Assembly: GCA_964234715.1 (NCBI GenBank)
Contig: OZ174276.1
DNA length: 64,000 bases
Reading direction: 5' to 3' (one strand)
Source of the DNA: Podarcis melisellensis
Lineage: Eukaryota
A program made the position numbers and the translations under genes. Below, in pieces: positions 12,301-24,300 of the stretch; the first letter of the stretch is position 1; each line of letters starts with the position of its first letter. The notes beneath the pieces were generated by a model that saw only the letters and a program-made list of their open reading frames with translations, did no database searches and was not told where the DNA came from.

Positions 12301-15300
12301 TTTTAGAGATGCTTAAGTGCGGCATGGCCAAAAAAAAGGTTGGGAACCACTGATTTAGTCCAACTCCCTGTAATGCAGCAATCTCACCAACTCACCACCA
12401 CGATCATATGTGGAGGAGCCCTTCACCTCTTCGTTTATTCTCTTGAAACTTAGCAACACCCTAAAAATGTATTTACCTTTCTCTAACTAATCTAGACCAA
12501 GGTGGGAGATTTGTGGCTTTTCAGATGTTTCTGGACTGCCAACTCTTATGAACCCCAACAAACAGGGATGGTGGGAGTTGTAGTCCAGCAACATCCATGA
12601 TATCGACACTTTTTTTAAAAAGAGCAGCCCTCATCATAGTTACTCTTTCTCTAGGCTTCCCTCCACAGCTAATACCTTGGATTCCGCAAAGTCTTCCCCC
12701 CTTTTGCCATTCTGAAAACATTATTTGTTTAAAAGTTATTTTCCCCCTAATGGCCTTTAAATTATGTCCTGCATTTCGGCAAACACTAGCAAGGCTGTCC
12801 GACCCGGCAGTGCTACCCAATCATTGGCAAACTCTCTTCCTCCCGTGAGTTAAAAGTGTATTTCTTTGATTTACATTCTTCTTCATTTTAGGAGTACGTA
12901 TCTATCCCATTGGGGACACGGGTGGCACTGTGAGTTAAACCACAGAGCCTAGGACTTGCCGATCAGAAGGTCGGCGGTTTGAATCCCCGTGACGGGGTGA
13001 GCTCGCATTGCTTGGTCCCTGCTCCTGCCAACCTAGCAGTTTGAAAGCACGTCAAAGTGCAAGTAGATAAATAGGTACCGCTCTGGCGGGAAGGTAAACG
13101 GCGTTTCCGTGCGCTGCTCTGGTTCGCCAGAAGCGGCTTAGTCATGCTGGCCACATGACCCGGAAGCTGTACGCCGGCTTCCTCGGCCAGTAAAGCAAGA
13201 TGAGTGCCACAACCCCAGAGTCGGTCACAACTGGACCTAATGGTCAGGGGTCCCTTTACCTTTATCTATCCTATTAAATATTCTGGGTGACATTTAGCAA
13301 TGACTGCTTGCTTGCACCACCAAAATCTGTTGTACAACAGGACATCCAGTTTTTATTCTTCCCCCTCCAGCCCCTACATGCCCCCTACATTGGTTCCAGG
13401 GGGTCCACCCCACCCATGCTCCTGGGCAGATTCTAGGGTTGCACTGGGAACTGAAGCAGGGAGAAGAGGAAGGAGATATCGTGTTGAACAAGCAGCTGCT
13501 ATACTGTATCACACCCCTGTTCTCCTGTATGGTATTCTTAACACCCACACACCCCACAAACAGACACCCCTACCCCCTGTGCAGGGGAGGGGGACAGACA
13601 ATGGGGTCATGAAACCATAGCTGCAAGAATACAGTTTACCTCAGTCTGCCCTCTCATTTAGTAAGTACCTCAGGAAACATACATGGATAATTCTTTTAAC
13701 TCATTCATGGTAATTAAAGTAACAATTAGTGTATGAGCAAATGGGTACATGAATGATTAGTGCAAGTGACTTGCTCCTCTGAAGAACTGTGGCCTGCAAC
13801 GGTCCAGAAGCAGTTTCACATACAGTTCAGAACAGACGAATGCAAATCGAAATAGTTTACTTTCCTGCCTCCAAATATCCCTTCTGCTTGCTCTTCAATG
13901 TGTTCAAAGTCAAGAGCTCCTGTAAAGGAAAACAAACAGTTTTGTCTTCTATGCCAAGCTGAAAATATAGCTTAAAATTCATTAAGGGGAGCAGAGGAAG
14001 CAAGCTACCATTCTTTCCATCACAGAAACTACACTATAAGAATCCTCTGCTGAAAGGCAAGGAAATCCTCTGTGAAATAAGATCCAAAAGGTTGTTTTTC
14101 GATCCAATTGTATAAATTTAATCCAGTTGGCATCCATTTCAGTTGTATGGGCAACTACTGTGTGAAGCTGTTTCAAACTATACAGTAGAATATGCGAGGG
14201 TATTGTGTGCATGCAAACTTATGCCTGCATCTGTACACAAACACACAATATTTAAAGGCAGCCTTGGATTTTTCCAGAGGAGCAGTATAGCAATTTGTGA
14301 CGCCTCCACCTTACATAGTTTCAAAGGGAACTTATGTCTTCCATAGTGTGAGACTGTGCACATATGATTTATTTATTAAACTTTCTTTTTGGAAATAAAA
14401 GTTTAAAAATGAAACAAATAGTGCAAAGGATAAGCTCAATAACTATGCATACTGATAATCTTTGTACTTTATTCCTCCTTTGTATTTTCTTCACGGTGTT
14501 TTCTTTACAGGAATTTTCCTCACAGGGTTTCAAGATGTGGAGGTAACTAATGACATCCACAATCTAGAGCAGTGTTTCCCAAAATTAATAAAGTTATTAT
14601 AGTCTGATAGCATATTATTGTATCTTGCCTAATTAAGAAAAACAAAACCCACATGGACAATGGAATGGCTGTTTTCCTGCTTTTATTCACAAATGGTTCA
14701 ATAAGTCATTATTGAGGGAATATACCAAGTGGCACATACCGGCACCTAAGAAAATTTTCACAGCACTTTAAGAGAACGTGTTGTAACTGACCTGGTACAT
14801 TTGGCATTTCTTGGTTATTGCTTCCTGTAGGTGAATCAGGTGTCTGTGCGTTGCTTTCATCAAACTCATGTTTAAATATGCACAGAAGGCATGAGATTCT
14901 ATAATCCAATCTCACATTCAAAATGAACTGATGATTCCATAGTGTTTTTAAAAAGGGAAAAAAAGAAAAAGAAGCTTCAATAGCACAACTCATTACCTCC
15001 CCCTTTTGCGTTTTTAATATACGATATATACGATATACGATATCTTTATTGTCATTGTCCCATGCAGACAATTTTGCGTTTTTAAAAGCAAGGACCTTCC
15101 CTTTCACGTCCTTAAAGCATGCATTTAAAATATATTAGATACTGAAAGTAACTCCTGCCATGAAAACCCAAATCTACCGGTCTAGTTTGTATTATATATT
15201 ATAGATGCATATTGTGTCTAGACAAAAACATACACAAAACAAAACAAAACACATACCACCTTTTTCAAAACAACACAATATAGCAGATTTTTTTTTCTGT

Positions 15301-18300
15301 TGTAGCTAAGTAAAAATAAGAAGATGGTCATTCTGGGTATTTCCAATGTGTTTTAATTCATATTGGCAGCATCAGTCAGTTTTACCCTTTCAGTTCATGC
15401 TTATACATTTCAGCAAGTTAAGCAATAAATCTGTATAAGCATAACTAGGGAATGCTCATGAAGCCCAGTTCTGGGTACCCTAACTGGCAGCAGCTCCTCA
15501 GGGTTTTGAGCAGAGAGTTCCCTATGACCTGATGTTTTAGCTGCAGAATGTCAGAAAATGAACCTGAGGCCTTCCACTTTCAAAAAAATGTACTTTATCC
15601 ACTGAACTACAGTCCCTTCCTCATGACATTTATCTAAGAGTAGCACAGGCTATAGAGCAGACACAAAAAGTTTCAGTTTCCTTCTAATTTATAATATATT
15701 TTTTTCAGTAGTTATCCTAGGGCTATGCACTCTGACCCAGAAACCTTGCCCCAGTTCCAGATGGGTAGATGGGTTGATGAAAATGCACAGCACACTGAAT
15801 GTCAGACAGCCTATTGCAAAGCCATAGCTTTCAAAATAGGATCTGCAGTGGAACTCAAACAAAGCCTTGGAAATACTGTCATGGGAGCATTGCAGCTTTC
15901 TGAACACCTCCACTGGATTGCTCTGCTCCAACTCTCCTGAACAATATCTGTACAGTGGTGCCCCGCAAGACGAATGCCTCGCAAGACGAAAAACCCGCTA
16001 GACGAAAGGGTTTTCCGTTTTGGAGGCGCTTCGCAAAACGAATTTCCCTATGGGGTTGCTTTGCAAGACGAAAAAAATCTTGCATCCCCCCACAGGTTTT
16101 TTTCGCTTTTTTCGCCCTTTTCTTAAGCCGCTAAGCCGCTTATCAGCTGTTCCGCTGATAAGCCGCTTAACAGCTGATCGCTGGAAGCTGCTAGACAGCT
16201 GTAGCGCTAAGCCGCTAAGCTGTCAATGGGCTTGCTTCGCAAGACGAAAAAACCGCTATACGAAAAGCCTCACGGAACGGATTAATTTCGTCTTGCGAGG
16301 CACCACTGTATTTCAATCTGACTGCTCAATGTATTATAGGAGCTGGGTTATTTGAAGTTACCTTGCACGGAAAAGTTTTAAAGTATGTAACTGGTTTTAA
16401 TGGTTATAATGTAACTGGTTTAATGGTTTTAATGTAACTGGTTTTAATGAGGGCATGGGTTAAACATTTGCAACTGTTCACAATGAGTAGTTGTTATTAG
16501 TATTTTGTTGTTAATACCTGCAACAATGTTTATTAATTCTTTTTCTAATGATAATTATTTTAAAAAAACAACAATAAAGCTTACACGCAATCCATCCAGT
16601 GAAAAAATTATTCATTTCTAATTCTGTCAAAAAGAGAACAATGGTCTAGAATGAAAAATCCCCAAACAACATAAGCATGACAGTACAGCTCTTGCGTCAA
16701 TATAGTTTTCTAAGCTATGTCACCTGAAGTATACCTGAAGTATCTCAATGATTTTCAGCTTGGTGTCCATTACCAGGATGTCTTCTTTCTCAGGTTCAAC
16801 CTGTTTCACAGTACCTTCTGGGGCAGCAGCAAGAGGAGTCATGGGCAAGAACCCTCCACCCCTAAGCACAACTTGGGTCATCAGCTCCCCAACACCGTGG
16901 ATAGATCTCATCACATTGCTCCCTTCAGAGAGACAATACAGGATAAAGTTTTGTAATACAGTAATTAAGGTAAGACCTGTCTCAGCATTACCTGTCTCAG
17001 CCTATTACACACATTACTGTATAGCGGAATCAGATTTAATGTGTTCCTGCTTCTTATCTATCAGATGCAACATGCGCAACCTACGAACTGCAAATATAAC
17101 GTATTTGTGGTATTCTGCTATTTATTAAAATGCTTTGAGATCACCCTTCATCTGCAGAGATACAAAATGGGCATGCAAAGGCAGAGAAAAATAAAACAAA
17201 CAAATCCGATATAATACAATTAAGGATACAACATTGTTATAAAAATTCTACATGCTGTGAAATAGGCAACACCTTCCACACTTACAGAAAGTAGCAGGAA
17301 CATTTAATGGATACTGTGTTGTACGAAGCAATTTCTATTCCAGGTTGTAGTTATAAGAGCAGTTACTTTAAGAACTGGGACCTGTTTTTTTCTCCTCTTC
17401 CTTCTCCAACCCTTTCTCCTTGTGTGACATATCTTTTACACTGTAAGCCTAAGGGCAGGGACTGCCTTACTAGTGATTTTTGTAAGGTGCACTGAAAGCC
17501 TTTTCAGTGGGGCACCAATGCATTAAATAAAGAAACAAACCCTACCACTATATCATATTGAGGGGAAATCTACATATTACATGCAACATGGGAGTTGCCC
17601 CCAAAATTTGCATCCTTATACTTTATTCTTCCTCTCCCCTGACCATGTGAAACAATGGCACAAGAAATGGATCTTTATCTGCCTCTCCTGTCCCATACTA
17701 TGCACTTCGAAAATCTACTCCAGAGGTTCCTTCAGCCCTCCGGAGCAGATTTTGAGATTACATGGAGGGCTGATGGTTGGGGAAGAGCAAGGTAAAAATA
17801 TGTTGCACCATTCAGATAGTGTTGGATGCATCCCACTGATAACACCTGGGAACAGTTGCAAGCCAGGTATAAATGAGATGCTGAAGGTTGCACAACAGGT
17901 ATAAATGAGATGGCATGCATTTTGTGCCACCAGCTCATATGCTCAGTCCACATTCAATCATGCAGTTGCAAGCTCATGAGCATATGCACATGTTAATAAT
18001 GTGCATTGACAAGGCTGGGTGATGGCGGTTTTTCAATATCACCAGCCAAACATCACGGTCTGGCAACGTACCGCAATGTTGAAAAAACAAGCCACATTGG
18101 CCTCAGCCTGTGAGGTGCTGGGTGCAATTGCCACAGCAATCACCATGGGCACTGAGGCAGTTTCACCCCAGGGCCTGGTCTCCTTGCTCACGGACAAGTG
18201 GGAAAAGTACCGGGTATTTCTTGCGCGTCTCTGCCGGGGATGGGGACGGCTCCCCATCTCTAGCAGAGCCATCCCCGGTGCTCTCCCCATTTGGATGGGA

Positions 18301-21300
18301 GCCAGTGCCGGGCTGGGGTATCATTTAACTGCTTGGCTGAGGGGAGCAGCAGCCGCACACTTCTCAGCCAAGCACTTTAATGATGCAGAGGAAGGAACAA
18401 GCTGTACCGGCACCTCGTGGATGCAGCTTTTTTCTCCCTCTGTGCAGTATGATGTATGATGATATATCACTGGTGAAACCGCCACCGTTCCTGAGTCCCT
18501 CTGCTAGCAATGCTCACTGGAGGAAGTCGCTAGTAGAGGGACTCGGGAGCGGTGGCGGTTTCACCAGTGATATAGCTGACATTGCGGTCTGCTCCTCATA
18601 TATTGATATATCACCCAGGCCTAGAACTGACTGTTTCTTTGGCTGGCACAGCCTGAGAGCAAAGGAGAAGCCATGAGAAAAATTCAGAAGCCACGTGAAA
18701 CTCAAACTCCTGTGAGTATTGTCTGCAACCTGGAGCATCAAACTACCACCATCATTAACCAGAGGAACCTTGTCAAATACGGATGGAATAGGTGTTCCCC
18801 ACACCTGACGTTCATGATAAGAGGCCTCTACGATAGGAGTAAGTCAGGAGGAACAGTGCTAGATTGCCTATCTTTTACAATTTACAAGCCTGCTTCCCCC
18901 ACTCCTTAACACAGGCTGACAAAAACGAATGGCACCGACAGAGACCAATCATTCTTCAATAGCATGTTTTTCTTCCTCTATGCTCCATGGCCATTCATAC
19001 CTTTACTCTCTTCTCCTTTTGCAACCTTTGTGATAGGAAAGATCGTAGCAACATGGACACAGTCCAAAATAGCTAGGAGGATTTTTGTTAGCCTGAGCAG
19101 GTCACAGAAGTTGTAGAAGCCAAAATAGATCAGGTTTCGGGCCAAGTTTACCACCTATTGTTTTAAAAAGAAACAAAAAATGGTTTGTTACAATTTCTAT
19201 GATATGTACCAAAGCACCTGAATATTGACTTTCTGGCACCCACTATTCAAAGGAGCCAGTGTGGTACACTGGTAGACTTCAACCGTGGAGATGAAGCTGA
19301 GTGGAAGATCTCAGGCTAGTTACTAATTCTAAGCCTATCTCATATGACTGGGCCACTGGGAGCATTAAAAGTTGGTAACACCCTGAATACCACCCTGAGC
19401 TGCTTGGAAGAACAGGATGCAGCTATCCTTTATTTTTCAGAATATATAATCATAACACACCATGCTGTACGACTTCACTATACCTTGTTGTCATAATAAA
19501 CATAATTTTCTGTATTTTAATAAGCATTCTACTGTGTTTTACTGCATATACAGATGTATTATATACAGAAACTGAATATTCTGGATTTAAATCTGCCAGT
19601 TCATATTTTTTACATTTTTTTACCATTGATTTTTGGACACCAACCTAAGGCAGTGCTTTTTCAGAGCGCTTTTCTCAATATTTCGTAACAGATCTCCTGC
19701 AATTGTTTCTGTGGGCTTTTCTGCTTTTTAATGACTTGCTATTCTTTTTGGTCTTTTTTTGTATAGTTTCACTTATTATTGTTGTGCTTTGCCTGTCTTA
19801 GTGTAAGGAAGTTCCATCTGTTGATACTATTAGTCCAACTATGTGGGCAATTTAGGATTAGCTCCAGCATGAGTTAGCATCTACTGTATTCAGAGGTCTT
19901 GCAACTCAGCTTTATTTTTTTTAAAAAAGATATTTACCTCAAAGGTGAGTTTATTTTTTTCTTTGTCAGAGAAAGGAAATCTCTGACAGACAACATCTCT
20001 TAAATATTCCTCAACGAAGTCCATGGTTTGTGAAAACCGCTCCTTGATTTCATCTTTGGAAGTTCCACTGCTATCATAGCTGAAGAAATTAAACAAAAAA
20101 CTTCAAATGGGTGAATGCCATAGGTAACTTATGGTTCTTTTCCTTTTCTTGAGTCAGTCAGAAAGTACACAGAAAACTGTCTTATGCCGAGTCAGACCAC
20201 TGGTCCATCTAGCTCCATTCTGTAACATATTTTTAGCATATTATTTTTTTAAAAAAATGTGGCTCCTGGAGCAAGCATTCCTGCTTTCCAAAAGCCAGCC
20301 ACCAAGCAGTCACTCCTGACATTCCTGAAAACGGTCTCACAGTAGGACTGCTCCAAGGCATTGTGCAAAGGAGCGAAAAAGCATCTAGGTATTTGATAGC
20401 CCTCATTTCAGAGAACCATTTGATCACAAAATACTCACTCATCGATTGCAATTTCAGAAGGAATCTCTGACCACAACCGGGCATATTTTACTGGTGTCAC
20501 TTGTTCTTGGGGATCTCGGTCAACGTGCATATGCAGCATCAGCCGGCAGAAGGACGCTCTCAAGTCATAAGGCAAATTTTCGTCGGACATGCAGCGAAGG
20601 ATGAGATCTACATCTAGCTGGCCAGATATTTCATTTATAGCCAAGTACTGCCGATCAAGGCACATCCTAGCAAAAAGATTCAGCTGGTACCTTTGGGAGT
20701 TAGGAGAGAAGGAGAAGAGTATCATTTTGCTTGCCTGGGACTGAAAATTAGAAGATACCTCAGAAGGAACAATACAATGCATATTCTGATGCAGCAGCAG
20801 AAATAACACTTCTTCAGGAACAGAAGTACATTAGCAGTCCATGGGAGGATAAATTTCTCACTTCTGGACCCATTACATACATACATACATACATACACAC
20901 ACACACAAACACACACACATATATATAATCTGCATATAATTAAACATTACTATCATTTCTTTAAATCCAATTTGAAAAATATCCCAGATGAACTGCTGAT
21001 GAACCTTTAAAAAAACAATGTATTTTATGTACGTATTTTAGAAATTTGGACAAGTTCCACCAAACAAACATGAAGCCTCCAAACAATTTTAAGGAGTTTA
21101 TAATACAAAAGTAGATTTGAACAACCAATTTTGCCTCAGTGAAAAATGCCGCTTGATTGTAAAGAACCAATATCACAGCTGTATGAAACTGGTGTTACGG
21201 AAAGCATCATTTGAGAGCTATCTCTTTAACCAATTATATAAATTAACCTTGAAGTCTTCTAGAAGCTGGTTAACATTACAAATAGCTAGAGTCAGTTGTC

Positions 21301-24300
21301 TATACACTTCAGGTTACACTGCCGTAGCCAAATATCGCTTGCGGTGTTAACCTGTAGTAGCTGAGCACATCCCGGTCTTCCTTCTGCCCTTCTTTAGCAT
21401 CCTGAGCCAGCTCTCTGATACTCTTACTGCGGACCTCTTTGTTGCTGTCTCTCCAGAATAACCAGACTTCTTCCTCATCCTCACCAACCTCCAATGAATT
21501 CTCTCCAGACGACAGCTCTTCAAATTCAAACCGAGACAGGACCAGTCTAAGAATTGAGCAAGAGTGAAAAGCAATTATTCATATTAAATATCTTAATGAA
21601 CCTACACAGGTTTCTTCTATTAGTTATCAGAAAGCCATTTTCTACCAGCCAACACTACATACAATGGCAACAGCACACCTTGGCGTAGGGTAAAGGCTTT
21701 TGATAATTTTAAATCTACTTCATGACACACCTACTTCTAGGATTAAAAGCTTGTTGAAGAATCCATTGTTCCATCAAAAATAATAATCTACGTATTATCT
21801 GTATTTTCCCCAAACTGGAGGGGGGAAAATTTATGTGTCATTATTGTCAGGCTCAGAACACCACAATCTTCTTATTTCTAAAAGAAAGTTCTTGAAAAAC
21901 ATCTCAACTTACTTGGTTTCAATGAGTATGTCTGCATTTGCTGGGTTTAACACAGCTTTACAAATCAGCTCCTGGGTCACCGGAATAGATTTGTTCATGG
22001 ACACACAAAGATCTGAAAGGTAATCCAAGAACCTAATAGGGAGGGAAAGCCAAAGCCCATTAATCTTTGTACAATGTTTCAGATGCTAAAGAGATGTATT
22101 AAGGAAGGTGATAAAATATACCTCCCCCCACCCCCGGACAGGCCCTCAAAAGATTAAGGCCTAGGGTATGCAACAAATAACTTACCAGATGCACCTAACC
22201 TACCAAATCATTTTTTGTCATCAGACATCTCATTTTTAAAATCTCCTTTTCTACAAAAAAAGTATTTTTAAAAAAATCATAAAATCAAAGAATTGTAAAA
22301 TTGGAAGGGATCCCAGGGGTCATCTAGTCCATCCCCCTGCAGCGTAGGGATCTCAACTAAAGAAGCTATGACAGACAGCCATCCAACCTCTGCTTAAAAA
22401 CATCCAAGGAAGGAGAGTCCACCATCTCCTGAGTGAGAGCATTCCACTGTCAAACAGCTCATACTGTCAGAAAGTTATTTGTGGTATTGAGTTGGAATTT
22501 CCCTTGAATCCATTGGTTTGGGCCAATGGATTCAAGGGAAATTCCAACTCAATTCCCAGGAATCCATTGGTTTGGGCCTACCCAGTGCTTTTTTTTTAGA
22601 AAGGGCCATTAAGTTGTTGCAGCAAATGCCACACTTTTAACATTTGAAGAAAAACAAAGGTGCTGTTACTACATATCCTTGAGTATCCCCCTTCAAACCA
22701 ACCAACCAACCAACCAACCAACCAACCAATCCTACCCTCCAGAGCAGGAGAGAACAAGCTTGCTTCATCTTTCATGTTATGATATTTAAAGATGGCTATC
22801 ACAGCTCCTCTCAGTCTCCTCTTTCCCAAGCTAAGTATACCCAACTTCCTCAACTGTTCTTCATAAGGCTAGGTTTCATCACGACTCCCACGAAACCAGG
22901 GTTTATTCATTTTTGAATCAGCAGTAGATTTCACCCCATTAGGCCGCATCCAGACATTATAACACATGACAGAAGTAGGTGCCCCCAAAAGTATTCACTG
23001 GGTGTCTGCTGACAACAGCACAGGGCACAGGCACTGATAATAACCCCTACCTACCTGTAACAATAACACCTTCGATAACTTACGTTGCACCCCTTGTGCA
23101 TCATTACAACTCATGACATCATGTGGAAAGCTCACGAGTGTTGTTGGCACGTCTATTTCTCCAAGCAGAAAGACCCAGGCAGGCATGAAAACAGACTACT
23201 GACCAATCGTTCAGGTAGTTTCAGAAACCTACAGGAGTGTTTATGCACCGTTTATTTTGTCTAAGCAGTAGAAAGAAGAGTCTTCTCTTACCTCGGCTCT
23301 CTGTTTTTCCTTACAAGGCTAACAAAGGTATCAATCTCAGCAGCAGTAATGTGCTTCTCCAACAGCTTGCGGTTATTATGGAGCAGTGCTGTTATGGTGT
23401 CTTCTGCCAAGACGTCATACCCAATTTGCTTCTGCATAAAGCCAAACTGCTTGGCTATATATTCCTTGCAAAGAGAAAGTGGGTAGGGTGGAAAAAGAGA
23501 GAGAGAGAGAGAGACTAGATGCTTACTTAAAAACCTTAGAATGAAAGGAAATGTGAAATTATCCATGTATATTGATTTCTTGATGTGATTTTTTGTTTTT
23601 AGGAAAAGACTACTGAAAAGCAGGGTGTGCATTATCCTTTTGTCATATGAACTGCCCAGTCTAACTTGGATCTGCAGTTTCAGTTTGCAATCAGCCCAAT
23701 TGTTCTTTGTGCAAGTCATAGTTTTTTTCCCGGTTTGAGTTTAACAGCAAACAATTGTTATTATTGATCATTACTGGGTGGTGGTGGGGAGGCTACAAAA
23801 GCCTTTACACCAAGCAGTTCAGTTGTCCTTTATGGTTACATTTTAGAAACGCACCAGACTGTCTCAAACTCCTTGCTAACCTGGTTCTTCCTGTAGTCTT
23901 GTTGGGAGTGTCTCAAAACTCTGTAACAGAGCCGACATATGTGTCTGAAAGGAGCGTGGCGTTGGTCTCCAAGTTCTTCTAGTCTCAGCATTGGTCCATC
24001 TCCACAGTCAGTAAATGGTGCTTGTAATAGCTTGAATATCTGGCAAATTATTTTAGAAAGAAGAAATGAATCAGCATTAACATTGCAGCATTAGAACCAT
24101 GAGTATCATCTACACAGAGTCTTGCCTTAAGTTTACCATGAGACTGAAGTGATCCTGTCTACTGACAGCCACTTCTGTTTCACCAGAGACCGTGTCTACA
24201 TGCCAGGATCCTTGCCTACAGCAACTAATCACATGATGGAGAAGCCTATATTGCCAAGCTGCTAAACCCCATACATATGCAAATTAGCATTTTAAAAAAT

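Noticed and set aside
16385-16450. Three short direct repeats (tgtaactggttttaatgg) resembling an array
   Set aside because: Simple slippage duplication without unique spacers; eukaryotic context, not CRISPR.
18019-18459. 146-aa plus-strand ORF
   Set aside because: Lies within a GC-rich non-autonomous element where stops are rare; no transposase motifs.
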